Part shown: positions 14,828-29,450 of the stretch, one piece after another
Position numbering within the stretch: position 1 is the first letter of the stretch
Layout of the letters: every line of letters starts with the position of its first letter
From: Octopus vulgaris
Lineage: Eukaryota
Assembly: GCA_951406725.2 (NCBI GenBank)
Contig: OX597814.1
Location: forward strand, 96,968,001-97,032,000
Direction: 5' to 3'
Length of the DNA: 64,000 nt
The notes under the pieces: model-generated
What the model was told of the DNA's origin: nothing
The model's input: the letters and a program-made list of their open reading frames with translations, nothing else
Database searches by the model: none
Translations under genes and position numbers: made by a program

Positions 14828-14845
14828 TGTATGTATGTATGCACA

Positions 14846-15190
14846 TATTATTGTATTTTGGGATGATCATTTTTTTGTTTTTTGTTTTTTTTTGCTAAAT
14901 AAACATGCACAATTTATATTTGTTCTTCACTCATTTATTACTCATCTTACTTTTTTTATTGTAACTTATGTCCATTGTCCAGAAACCTTTTGTCACACAT
15001 CTGTGACGTCTCCATGGACACTTTTCATTTTCATGTGTGTTCTTGCTCCGCTTACTCCATTCTGTTTTTCTATGGACACAAGTTGAAATAAAGAAAAAAT
15101 AAGAACAGCAATAAGCAAGTGACAAACAAATATATAGTGCGTGTGTGTTTATTTGGCAGAAAAAAAAGATCATCCCAAAATACAATAATA
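14846..15190 (-). mobile_element. Older palindromic PLE-like element in microsatellite
   Basis: diverged ~110-bp inverted arms; decayed hammerhead-like motif at 14977-15019 (minus). Confidence 0.5.
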
Positions 15191-15226
15191 TCTGTTTCAA
15201 CACAGTTTCACATGCAGCAAATTGAT

Positions 15227-15269
<43 letters not shown>

Positions 15270-17384
15270 CATAAATACATACATACATACATACATACAT
15301 ACATACATACATACATACATACATACATACATAAATACATACATAAATACACACACCTACATACATATATGTGTATATGTATGTATGTATGTATGTATGT
15401 AGTCAGATGCATATAATATGATTTACTTGTCAATACCTTAATTTTATATACAGTTTAATTTCTTTCTCTTCTGGTCTATTTATAATTGCTTTACCTTACA
15501 ATTTACAGGCACAATATATAAATTATAGAAATAATTGTTCACATCTAAAAATTCAAAGTCTTTCATACAAGATAAATTCCTTCGAAATATAAAAAAAAAA
15601 TTTTATCTGAATTTTCTTAAGAGATTTTAGTTTATTTCTCATGCTTCTACTACTTTTGAAGCATGCCAACAGTTCCTGTACTTAAGCCAAATATCAATAA
15701 AATACCTACTGTAATTATTGGCCTATTTCTTTACAAAAATGAATGTTATTACGCATAGCCAACACTTTATTAAGTATTTCAAATACTATTTAATAAACAA
15801 TAAACTGTAATGCATCAAACAGCATAAGGCAAGCAAAATAAAATGAAAAATGTTTCACATCAATAAAATGTACTTAGATTTCATATTATCTTTCTTTTCT
15901 TAATAATTTTTTATCTCCTATATGGCAAAATTTTACTTGTATCCCTTTGCAGCTAAAAGTTCATTTTCTTAAGAGAATTTTGCACTCAATCATCTGCAGA
16001 TAAAATCTTTATTTAGTCTAAATAACAGTTTCCTTACTTCATCTGACTGTTACCCAAATTCCAAATGGTTTACCATTAATCTAATGGCATGTCTATCGTT
16101 TTCACCTTCAATACTGATTCTCAAGAACCTTGTTAATTACGATCAAGTCTTTTGCTTTTATTTTTGTTTTTTGTTCAGAGCAATGCCATAATTATACTTG
16201 CCAAGCTTTCAAAGTACTCTTGCCTTGAACACTTTAAATGAAATGCATGTTTGTAACATTGTTTAGACATGCATTTTTGCTGGAAACTATTCAAGGAAAT
16301 TGTCTCCTGTTGAGGACCAGAAATTTAGCCAATGCTGTTTCCATAGAATACCATTTGTTTAAAGAGTGCTTGTAAATTGATTAACTATAGAAACAGGATA
16401 CAAACACCCATTTATAGTTATATTAGAAATTCCTGATCGTTCTAGGATTTCACATTAATAATTTATAAAGCTTATATTGAAATAAAGCCATAAGTTATAA
16501 GACTTTATTAGTATCTTATTAACATTGAATATTAACATTCCCTGTCTGTAAGTAGTTAATATTAACACCTTCTAAGAACTTATTTTCCCTTCTTTGGAAC
16601 AATATATCTTTCTGTCTGGATAACATCACCCTTAAACTAAAGTTTATGAAAATTAAGGACAACTTTTCATAAACTACTGTGCGTGCAAATACATTTTTAT
16701 GTTTCTTTCATTGTCTAATTGCTTACATCACCACATAGTTGGTTTCTCATACTTTGGATTATTCCCTTACTGTTTAGATATTTTAATTTCCCTTTAATAT
16801 CATCTGTATGAATATCTAATCCTTCTTTTTTTATTTTCCTTTTTTCATAAAATAATTATGGGTATTTTTCTACACAATCACTTATATCAGGGAGATTTCT
16901 TAATTCACATTGGTGCAGTTACTGAAATCCATATCAAACATAATTTACAACTGAGGGTTGGGAAAATAGTTTCTGGCCTTTATCTGAAGCAAAAATGTAT
17001 CCTAAATTCAGTGAGATTAGAATGTTAAATTCTATGACTGCTGGAATCATTTTATATATAAATATATTATTAATTATGTGGGAAATACTAAAATAATGCA
17101 AATATTTGGCATGGGGGTTATATGAAACTCAAATGATTTATTTTGAAATCTTTCAAAATATTTTTTATCGGGGGTATCATTGTTACTGTTTGAAACATAA
17201 TATTTGTTGTTAATCCTCATTGCACTGTTAATATAATATTTCTCTTTAAACATGTTTCATTATCATATTGAACATTTTGCTATTGATTTAAACAGTTTAA
17301 ATTTGCATTTAAGGGTCTGTCACACATTTGTAATTCTTACCTTTTACATAATTCATGATTCATTCATCACTGCAAAACATTGAC

Positions 17385-17443
<59 letters not shown>

Positions 17444-17972
17444 ACTTATTACAAAGTGGATATGTAATATCCACTCAGACAATTGACAAATTAACCAAAA
17501 CCTTTGATAACATTATATAATTACTTTTATTGTAGAATAGATATGAATATTAAATCTTTCAAGGAATCTCATTATACACTGCATAGCATGAATGTGTCAC
17601 CTTCATGAAATTCTATCTTCTCTTGCAGACAATCTAGGAAGGATTTGAACCTAGCATTGCAAAATAGCAAAACACTCATCAATTATGCAGTGTTCTTGAT
17701 CCTTACAGTCTTCCCATGAAGTCTATCCAGGCTATCAACAGGATAGACTAGTTATTTGAGTATTGTCTTTGTTATTACACAACCAGCACCAATGATAGGA
17801 TACAAACTGTAGACCTTTAGGTCACCAGTCCCCAATACATCCTATCAACTCAGCCATCTGAAGCTGTCAATTATATTATGCTCATATTTAACCACATATA
17901 AGTATAGCTGCTTTACTTGCTCAAGGAACAAGTAATATAGTAGTAATTTTGTTTCTCTGAGTGAATATTGTA

Positions 17973-17992
17973 TTATATATACATACATATAA

Positions 17993-18034
<42 letters not shown>

Positions 18035-18039
18035 CATAC

Positions 18040-18088
<49 letters not shown>

Positions 18089-18271
18089 CATACATATACA
18101 TATATATGTATATATATATATATATATATATACATACATACATATATATATGTATATATATGTATACATATATATATACATATATATATGTATACATATA
18201 TATATACATATATATACACATATACATATATAAATACATATATATATGTATATATATATACATACACACAC

Positions 18272-18322
<51 letters not shown>

Positions 18323-18358
18323 TATATATATATATATGTAAATATATATATATATATG

Positions 18359-18408
<50 letters not shown>

Positions 18409-18432
18409 CATGTGTGTGTGTGTGTGTGTATA

Positions 18433-18472
<40 letters not shown>

Positions 18473-18508
18473 TAAATATACATATATGTATTTATATATG
18501 TATGTATA
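17973..18508. repeat. Compound (TA)n/(TACA)n microsatellite block
   Basis: about 530 bp of simple repeat. Confidence 0.95.
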
Positions 18509-21500
18509 TTGAAGGAAAAAGAGAGATTGTGTTAATTCCATGAGAAATTGTGTCATTTTCCATGGTCAGTATTTCCAGAAATCGAATCCAATTTCATAAG
18601 TGCTACATGTTCTGGTGATTTTGAAGGAAAAAAAAATGAAATCAGAAACCAAGCCGGCAGATTTGATTTCTTTTTTGTTCATTTATTCAAGGGTGAGGGA
18701 GGTTGTACTTGTTTTTGTTTTTGTTCCTATGGTTTGGGGAGTGGTTGTGAAAGGTCACAATAACATAATTAAACATTCTTCTAAATCACTTATTCATTCT
18801 TTAATTTCGTAATTTTACTATTGGCTTCCTCTGTGAACCATGTGGCTAGGCTTGAATGAATAAATAAAATAAATATTGGTTGTCTTCTTCGTTAACTATA
18901 TATTAAAAAAATATCATTCAATGGTATAAGCTTTGACTAAAAGTGTTCCTATTATGCTTTTGAAAAAAACATTTTTCGACATTAAATTTTAATGTCTTTC
19001 AGTTTTCATTTATTTTAAAGTTTTGCTGGCAATGTCTTCGAAATTTTTTTATAGGAAAGTTGACAATGAAAATAAAGGATCCAAGTTTGAAACTATACAT
19101 CTGTTTTTTTTTTCTCCCTATAATTTTTTAAAAAATAAAGACAAAACTGTGTAATTTTTATCAAGCTGCCAATATAAAAAAAATCTTTTTCAGAAAATTA
19201 TTTAGTTCATTGTTGTAGTTGCTGTTTTATTGTTTACCACTAAATTTGCCATGATCAAGCAAACTTATGATCAAAGGTATTTCAAGCATATCTGTCAGTT
19301 TTACAGGTTTTTTTTTTTTTTGTCTTTTTAATTCAGAAATAGTATATCTAGGACTACCTTATCCAGTATGTCCTTCCAGTTTTAAGATGGCAGGATGTAA
19401 GTTGAGGGATATTTTACTGCTATCTCTTGTAGAGTGAGCAACATTTAGAGGCTCTGTAACTAGCTTGTGATCCTCCCTTACAATGGCTGGAACAAATACA
19501 AGACTAATAAAAAAAGAAACAATCTATTAAAAAAAAAGAACAATGTAGAAAATCTTTCATTTTAATGCTATAGACATTTGCCTGATTCTACTAATTTTAT
19601 TAAATAAGTTAATTGTCTTTGGTTTTTCTTCACAACTCCAACAGTTAAGTAAAAATATTAACAATTTCTAGAGTTGGCAGGGTTTAAGTCTGTATGTTCA
19701 ATACCTGTAGTCAATAACCTTAATCCTTTACATTTCAATTATATCCAAAAATCTAAAAACAAGCTAACAATTAAAATGCTTACCTTTTTAAGCTGTCATA
19801 AGAAGAATGGAATCAAAGAACAATTTTAAATTAGCTTTTAGAATGCTAACCTAATCTAAAGCATTTAATGTATCATATAGATCAATAGTATTGAAAAACT
19901 GTTTGGAGAATTTGGGGCATCTTACATTTTTACATGATACCAACTCACCCCATGACCACCTTTTGTTCTGTGGTATAAACTTCTTGTATTAAAGTGATCT
20001 AAATTGAAATGTCCTATTAAAATTTCGGGTTGATATATGTTTTAAACATCAGCTTAATAATAGCAAAGTTATTTTATTATATTCTTCATTATTTCTGATG
20101 TATTTTAACAGAAATGTAATAGCAATTTTTTTTAAATGAACTAAAAAAACTGGCAAGCTGATGATAAAACTAGCAGAATATAATTACTTGAATGCTTGGA
20201 TTGGTTCTAAGTTACAAACTGATGGCAATGTTATTTCATTAATTTTTAAATATTTTAAGTATATGCTTAAAAGAAGTAGAAAATTTATACAGAAATCCAC
20301 TCTATATATTTTAAAAGAAAATTTTACTCAACAGTTTAAACAGGATAAAACAGTAATGCACATTAAATTAATAGGGATATAATTATTGCTATAATAAGCT
20401 TAACCATCCACTTTTAAAAATTAAAAATCCTATGAATGGCAGAGAATTATATGCTTGCTTATTTTCTGGCTTTGCTACTCAGCCGTAAAAAAAAAAATAG
20501 AGCAATTATAAATTTAAGATTATAATTCCAAAATAGTAGAAAAAAAAAAGTATCTGTAATTTCTAAATTGTTGGTAATGATAAGAATATCAAAACATAAA
20601 ACAGTCTGAATCAAATTTATGACAATAAAACAACATGGAAATTCAAATGTGAAAATATTGATAAATATATTTCAGAAGTTAATCAAGATGTTAAATAACT
20701 TAACATTTGAAAATATTTCTTTCTCACTCAGTTGATCTTTCACTCAAAATTAGGAGGTTTTTAACTATTAAGAATTAGAATATCGTTAGACAATTATTGA
20801 AATCAGAAAACTGTTTAAAGCAGCATTACTAAACTTGTATTTTATTGGCAAAAGTGTATTGGTTCCATGATGATTTGTTTTGACCAATAAATTTTATTTT
20901 CAACAAAATTTGTAGTTGATTTTTTTTTTTTCACTAGATGATTTGTCATTTTATTTAAGATATATTAATATTTAAGCCTTTTGATATTAAGCTTAAGTAG
21001 CTGAAGTATTTGTGGACATCAAGAGCACAAATTCAAGTCCTGTTTGCTGAACAAACATGATTTAATCATGTTTAGTGAACATTTATGATTGGAATTGCAG
21101 ATATTGAGAAGAATTTTCTCATTCATCATTTTATGTGTGTAACTTTTGTATTAAATATATTCATAATTATATTTACTGTTTTGGAAAAAATACATTTAAT
21201 GATGTTTCATTTATTGAAAATGAAAAGATATATGGTTTGTGAAACATATCCATAAGTATGGCTACATGGCTGTTTGAACCCAAGACTATATACATCTGTA
21301 TGGCTGTATGTTGTCTTGGGTTCAGTTCCACTGCACAGCACTTTGGGCCAATGTCTTCTACGTAACTCCATGCTAGCCAAACCCTTTTGAGTTGATCTGA
21401 TAGACTGAAACTAAAGAAATCTGTCATACGTGTGTGTGTGTGACCAGGTTTTGTGGTGTATACATCATATACATGGGCCCTTTTTGGTCATGAAAGACCA

Positions 21501-21813
21501 TGGAATTGCACCTAGAAAGTTACCCTCCAAGGCACAAGTCCAGGTAAGGTTGTTTATGGAAGACCAGCAGTCACCCATGCATAACAGCCTCCCCTCTCCA
21601 TACCACTAATGTTATCCTTGGGAAAGGCAAAGTCTGATACAGCGCGGCATCAGCTGAGTGAACTGGAGCAATGTGAAATAAAGTGTCTTGCTCAAGAACA
21701 CAACATACAACCCAGTCTGGAAATCGAACTCATTAGATTGTGAGCTCGTTGCTGTAACCACTGAGCCATGCCTCTTCACATCATATACATACATACATAT
21801 ATGTGTATGTGTA

Positions 21814-21846
<33 letters not shown>

Positions 21847-22972
21847 CATCATCATCATCATCATCGTCGTTTAACGTCCGTTTTCCATGCTGGTATGGGT
21901 TGGACAGTTTGATTGAGGTTTGGAGAGCCAGCGGCTGCACCATGCTCCAATCTAGTCTGGCAATGTTTCTACAGCTGGATGCCCTTCCTGATCCCAACCA
22001 CTCCGAGAGTGTAGTAGGTGCTTTTTATGAGCCACCAGCACATGAGCCAGTCAGGCGGGCCTGGCATCGGTCACATATATATGTATGTATGTATATATAA
22101 CCAGATTCTGTGGCATATACATTCCCAATCTGGACATAATGCCGGTCCATTGCAGGATTACTAATTTTTGCCAGCTCATTTTTGCTCAGGAATACAATGC
22201 ATCATCCAGTCCTGGAATTTAAACCACACTCTTATGATCATGTGACCACGAGTGCAACACACTAACTACTAAATTACACACCACTACATATATGTGTGTG
22301 TGTATATGTGTCTTAGTGTTTGTGCTCATTCCCCCACCACTATGTGGTCTACTGGTTATTGGTTTGTTTACATTCCCGTAACATAGCAGTTATAGAATAA
22401 ATACCAGGCTTAAAAAGAAAGTACTGGGTTTGAGTTGTTTGACTAAACCCTTCAATGCAGTGCTCCAGTATGGCCACCGTTCAATGACTGAAAAAAGTAA
22501 ATGATATAAGGTAAAGTCAAGCATATTTACAAGGTTAGCATTCATTAAAGTGTTTGGCTTTAGTTAGCTCCCCTTAAGCTTCCCCTTTCTTTCAAAATCT
22601 AGTATTTAGACATTTGTGAATGCCATTGGATAAGAGGTAAGTTTTAAACAACCTGCATCTGTAAACCAGTTTCGGTTTCCAGTTGTAGTTCATTTACTTT
22701 ATTTACATCTTTAGGCAAGGAATCATTAGAATCATTTTTACACCAGCTTTTCCAAGCTAGCATGGGTTGGACAAGGTATATTTAAGGCAGTATTCTACAG
22801 CTGGATGCCCTTCCTGAGGCCAACTTTTACTAATTTTTTTGAGAAAGGTTCTTTATTCCACAACTCCACAACATTGAACAATCAAACAACTGGATGTTTT
22901 ATTTATACTTGGAATAAGTATGTCACCACATCCCAAACAGTGTCAATGTGAAAATCTGTGGAGATAAATACA

Positions 22973-23008
<36 letters not shown>

Positions 23009-24249
23009 ATCATCATCATCATTATCATCATCATCATCACTATCATTATCAATGTCATCTTCATTTAACAGGAATCTTTCCCTGGTTTGCATGTGTCATA
23101 CCAAATCCATTGAGACAAATTTTCTACAGCAAGATGCCCCTTCCTGTCACTACACCTCATCAATTTCGATGTAAGGTAATAATTTCTCAGTCCACTGGAC
23201 AATAAGCATCCCATACATAGTCACACAAAGAACTGGAACCAAATGACACAATTAAAACGAGCAATTAGAATGGCACCATTAGAATGAGCATACAACATGT
23301 CAAGACATGGACAAATATTCTCTCACACACACACTTACACATATATATGTACAACAGGCTTCTTCAGTTTCTGTCTACTAATTCCTATCATAAACTATTG
23401 GTTGATTTGCAGATATAGCATAAAAAAATCTTCTATCAACCAAATTTCACTCACAAGGCATTGATCAATCCACAGCTGTAAATGTTTAATCAAAGTGCCA
23501 TGCTGTGGTATTAAACTTGAAACCATGTGGCAAAGTGAACTCAACCATCCAGCTATTCCTATGCCTTCAAAACACCTGATCATTTCTCCTCTTAAAGACA
23601 ATATAACAAATAACCTAGTTAAAAATTTGTCTGATCAGGAAAAGCCAAGTCATTGACTTTATTCATGGCCTAAAATTAATATTTGCTCATTTATCATTGT
23701 TAATGTTTTCATTTACAGCTGGGTGTTTATACAAGCTTTGTTGGAAAATTATAAAATATTGTAAAATTTTCATCTTGTTTTCAACCTTTCAGATTGAAAG
23801 GAAGCTATGGGTGACAATAATAGCAACAACTGTTTTAAATTTATCATTACTGTGTGCTGTAACATCATCATCATCGTTGTCATCATCATCATCGTCATCG
23901 TCATCATCGTCATCGTCATCATCATCATCGTCATCATGATTTAGCATCTGCTTTCCATACTGGCAAGGGTTAAACAGTTTGACTAGAACTAGTAAGTGGA
24001 GAGCTGCACCAAGTTCCAGTCTGATTTGGCATGGCTGGATGCCCTTCTTATGCCAACCGCTCCAAGAGTGTAATGGGTGCTTTTTACATGCCATTGGCAT
24101 GGGTGCTTTTATGTGCCACTGGCATGGGTGCTTTTACATGCAACCAGCACAGGCGCCAGTTACATGACACCAGCATCAGCCACAACCATGATTTCACTTG
24201 GCTTGACAAATCTTCTCAAGCACTGCATACTGCCAAAGGTTTTGGTTAC

Positions 24250-24790
24250 TAGTCCTCACCTCTGTGAGGTCCAATGTTCAAAGGTCACACTTGACCACTT
24301 CATCCTGGTCATACTTCACCATTTCATCTACCATTAGAGATTTGCACTTCTTTACACAGCTATTCTCATTCATATGCATCACATGACCATACCAGTGCAG
24401 TCATCTCTCTTGCACACCACATCTAGTGCCCCTTATGTTCAATCTTTCTTTCAAGACACTTACACTCTGTTGTACATGCACACTGATGTTGCACATCCAG
24501 AGAAACACACTAACTTCATTTCTTTCGAGCCTTCACATGTCCTCTGCAGTTACATCCCATGTTTCACTGCCATGTAGCATGGCTGTTTGCACACAGGTAT
24601 CATACAATCTGCCTTTCACTCTGAGAGAAAGGCCCTTAGTTACCAGCAAAGGTAGAAGCTCTCTGAACTTTGCCTATTTTAGCAGCAATGCTCTCAGAGC
24701 ATCCACTGCTGACTTGGTCATCTAGATAGTGGAAGCTATCAACTACTTCTAGGTATCCCCTCTGGCATTTGATGGAGTCCATTTTCTGTA
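24250..24790 (-). pseudogene. RTE-type LINE RT 3' fragment
   Basis: minus strand ETWDVTAEDM*RLERNE...WMCNISV...LHWYGHVMHM; adjoins a (GAT)n-tailed 3' end at ~23860-24250. Confidence 0.7.
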
Positions 24791-25399
24791 CCTTTAGATA
24801 TTTGGAACAACATTTCAGAAACTGATTTTGTTGTTGTTATTGAGTAGACCAATTATCTTTTCAGGGAGAAGTATGACATATTGCTAATCATTTCAACTCA
24901 TAGATGTAATCCACAGGTCTTGTACCTCATATATTACATGCCTTTTAGGTATGACCTACAGATATAGTACATCAAATATAATATACGTCTGTCAATCATT
25001 CTACCTTTTCAGATAAACAGTAGTTTAGCATATGTAGTGTAGTGAGATAGTTAGGATATGTTGCATTTTCTCCCCTCTCTATTCCAGTCCTGGACACATT
25101 CTGATGAGGGCCACAACTGCACTGGCAAGATGAACCTGACTGGAACACAACAGCTGTTTTTCTTTTGACTTTGGTTGGAATGGTCTGTCTGTAGCCTTTA
25201 TTTATCAGTGAGACAGAGACTGATAATGTTCCCCCTTAAACTGTTGTAAGTCACCATAGCCATAGATAGAATTTCAGAGAGCCAATGTTCTGAGAAGAGA
25301 TGACTGGATGTATTGGCCAGTGCAAGACCAGAGGATTTATATGCAATATGGATGATAAATGAAAATTGTATTATGTCAAGATTACCTGAGTGACGGTGG

Positions 25400-25760
25400 T
25401 ATTAGACCAACCTTCTCCAAGAAGCCATTCTAATAATGGTAGTAAAGGTGAAAGCAGAGAAAGTGACTGGAATATGTTTGTAAGTCCTTACCTATCATTT
25501 GAATGGCCTTTCTCTGGGATGATCTAGAATATTTGTATATGTAGCAGCTACACTATCCCATGTGTGAGAGCAGTACTCCATTGTATGTCTCACCCGACCT
25601 TTGTAGAGGATTAGTAGATGATGGGGACTGACATAATTTTTGCTCTGAAGAGGAAGACCAGCATTTGTGATACAGTCTTTGTTATGAAAATGCAATCTTA
25701 ATGAGAGGTCCTCAATGATGATGAGATCTAGCTGCAGAGATAATGAGATCTAGCTGCAGA
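25400..25760 (-). pseudogene. Non-LTR RT fragment (Jockey/CR1-group-like)
   Basis: LLILYKGRVRHTMEYCSHTWD matches the LYKAQVRPxMEYCSHxW motif. Confidence 0.6.
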
Positions 25761-27597
25761 GACAGAGACCGTGTTGTAGAGGTTGGGTTTTCAGAAAGAG
25801 ATCATGAGCTTAAATTGCAATTAAATTTATAATATTGATTTAAAACTTTTTAAATCAATTACTGGCACAGTGCTAGTAATTTCAGTGCAGGGGGCTAGTA
25901 GATTACATTGACTTCAGTACTCAACTGGTACTTATTTTACCGATCTTGAAAGGCAAAGTCAACCTCAAGATTGTTAGCCTGATGCCCTAACCACTGAACC
26001 ATGGTTGGTGCAGGAGTACAATAGAAGATACTTAAGGTGTCACACAGGTGAACTGAACCCAAAATCACATGGTTACAAAGTGAACTTCTTAATGTAAATA
26101 AATAAGCATTACATTTGATAGATTAATCTGAATGCTAAAGGGCTAAGCATGCATCCAGATATAAAAAAAAAAACAATTCTCATAATCCAGTTGCAGTGTC
26201 ATGGTATATTTCTCATGTGTAATCACAAAAAAGTTGTTCAAGAAACATATTCTCAGTCACTATAGGAAATTTTTCCGATTGTAATTCGTAGGAGATATGA
26301 AAGGCAAAGTCAACCTGCTAACAAATCTGCCATCTCACTGCCCTGGGACATTTAATATTAAGCTTAATGAGTTTATTTGTTAAAACTTAATATTATAGAA
26401 CAAAAGAAGTTAAAAACAAAGGAAAAGGCAAATATAAAAATAAATACAAAATATGAAAATAAAATATCTAGAAAGAATATCTTTTATCATTCACTTGTTT
26501 CAGCCATTGTTCTGGTATTTAATGTATTGGTCACATTTGCTGAACTAGGAAGTTATGGAGATCCAAACAAACCAACTCTGCCACATAGTGAGAGGAGCAA
26601 ACACAAAATAAAGATGATGCATGTATACACCTGCAAGCACACACACACACAATATGTAATATATAATTATAAAGAGGTAAAGATTACCTTCTGTCATAAA
26701 CGACCATGGGATTGTACCTAGAAAGTTCCCCTCTGAGGCATAAGTCTGGGCAAGGGTGTTTATAGAAGACCAGAAGTTACCCACGCATACCAGCCTCCCC
26801 TCTGCACACAACCAATGTTATCCAAGGGAAAGGCAAAGGCTGATACAGCTTGGCACCAGTGATGTCATAACCATTTCTACAACTAAATGAACTAGAGCAA
26901 TGTGAAATAAAGTGTCTTGCTCAAAAGCACAACACACAGCCTGGTCCTGGAATTGAACTCACTACCTCATGATTGTTAGCCCGATGCCCTAGCCACTGAA
27001 CCATGGTTGGTACAGGAGTACAATAGAAGATACCTAAGGTGTCACACAGGTGAACTGAACCTAAAATCACATGGTTACAAAGTGACATTCTTAAACACAT
27101 GGCTATCTCCAATTGTTTTTAAAATGCATCTTGGATGTACATTTAAAATCTAAATATCAACCACAGTAAGACAGTAAACTCATAATTTGTTTAAGCAAAA
27201 ATTATATCCAAAACATTTTCTAAAAGCAGTCACAGGCCATTGTAAAGAAGTTGAACTCAGATTATACTGTATTAAAAAATATCATTTAACCACTATGAAA
27301 CAAAATACTTGAAAGCCACAAGAGCCAAGCATCAAATTCCCCACTGTTCACTAAACAATATCTAACATTTCTACCTACTTTTGTAATTTTTGTTTTTATT
27401 TCCTTGAAAAGACAGATATTAATCAGAAAGCTAAACAGCTTATGTTTTCTTACTTAAAAATCTTTGAAAGCAATGAAATAAGAGTATACATGTTGCTATC
27501 AGCATTTCAAGTAAAATGTATTAATTACTCTACTGAATGGCAGTGTATTATCAACATAAGTTTGGGGTCTACTTTGTTCTCAATAAGCAATACTACA

Positions 27598-27643
<46 letters not shown>

Positions 27644-27692
27644 AAGGGATTATAATTTAATCTGTCTCTTCATGAAGCACATTATATATCTC

Positions 27693-27729
<37 letters not shown>

Positions 27730-29029
27730 TTGTGTTTGTGCTTGTATACACACACATATATTCTATCTCATGCACACTTTCTTTTAAAACAAAACTGCTT
27801 AATATATTGACAGCAAATACAACAATGATAAAGAGAATAACAGTAGATGGATACATGTTGCAGATTTTTGAAGACAATGGTAGTGGAAGGAAGAGGGAGA
27901 AGTTAGAGAGATGGCAACAATTGTTAGCGACTCCAACAGTGCTTCTTAAAGTGGGCGGTGCTACTGCCTGGAGGTGGTGAAAAATTTTACAAGGGTAATG
28001 AGACAAACAGGATAGTATTGGGTGATATATGCATCTTTTTGGGCTTTCTCTAAAGTGTTTGTCATGTATTCAAATGTAGGCCTGTCATCTGAGACACCAC
28101 ATGCTGTCATACCTTCTCCAGCGGCAACTTGGTGTGTTCAGCTAAGGTTCCACTGCTTGTCAGACTGAGAAAGGCAAACTGGCAAAGTATCCTGTTGTTC
28201 TCTGACAGGTTTTCGGTTGAGTCTGTGGCAGTGGAAACCTCCAGCATTCTCGGTCCCTGGACCATACCCCTGCTCACTGATGCTGGAGCAGAGATGGCTA
28301 TGTGCAAATGCAACCCCCATGAGTCAGAGTAGCTGATCCAGGACATCTCCCTTGCCACCCTGTATGGAAACACCTTTTCCATTTTGCCTGCTGGGACTAT
28401 GAGGTGATCTGACAAGCCTCTTTATGTATGTATGCATGTACATATGTATGTATGTGTGTGTGTGTGTAGATGGATGGATGGATGGACGGACAGACAAAGC
28501 TTATATTATGATAAACTTCTTGTTAGCCACAATCACAACAAAAACAATAATAATAACCTTTCTACTCTAGGCACAAGGCCTGATACTTTGGGAGAGGGAG
28601 CAAGCCAATTATATTCACCTCAGTGCTTAACTGGTACTTGCTTTATTGACCCTGAAAGGATGAAAAGTGATGTCAACCTCAGCAGAAATTGAACTCAGAA
28701 TGTAAAGACAGATATAATGTCACTTAGCATTTTGTCTGACAATCTAATAATTCTGCCAGTTTGCTACATTAAAGACACTAATAATTAGAGCAACAAAAAT
28801 AATAGACTCCAAAATGTGAATTAACAAAATCGAATATATATTGCATATGCACATAAATTATAAACAGGAGATGAATGTAAAATTTAAAAGACATTGTCAA
28901 ATTTTATAGGTATTTCCTTACATGCAATGAAGACAGTCATTACATCTGTGGTATTAGGTAACATCCTTGTGTGTTCGTGTGTGTGTGTGTGTGTGTGTGT
29001 TTATATATGTATGTATCTATGTATGTATA

Positions 29030-29450
29030 GTAGAATGAACGATCACCACATCCTCAGACAGCTGATGTAGAGTAAGCTGAAGGAAAGCACAATACAACAA
29101 AGGAGACCCAAGTTGAGGTATAAGCACATCCTAAAGGGCACCTAAAGTGGTGTAACATCCAGCCTCGCAAACTTGAGACTGCAGTCACAAACAGGGCTAC
29201 CCGGAGGTCAATCATCTACACTGCTGTAGCTACTTTTGAGGAGGATAGACGGCAATGCCTCACAGCCACAAGAGACAGACATCACTGTGCTGCATCATTC
29301 ACAGTCCTGATCACAGATTACCAGTGTCCAACCTGCAGGTGCTTGTGTGCTTCCGGCTTTGGGCTGCAGAGTCACATGTGCTCTCACTGCTAACTGTTCA
29401 GACCACAGACTATGCCTTCATTAGAGATTAACAGACAACCAAGAGAGAAG
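29030..29450 (+). pseudogene. RTE-like LINE 3' end with C-terminal zinc finger
   Basis: ...ATFEEDRRQ...YQCPTCRCLCASGFGLQSHMCSH*. Confidence 0.6.

Noticed and set aside
12780-17300. SINE-poor AT-rich stretch as a hidden gene or long 3' UTR
   Set aside because: No spliceable coding exons found; scattered traces look more like very old LINE sequence. Cannot be fully excluded without RNA data.
25100-25156. CTGATGA-GGGCCA...TGGC as a hammerhead
   Set aside because: No GAAA directly after a closable stem II and no convincing stem I.
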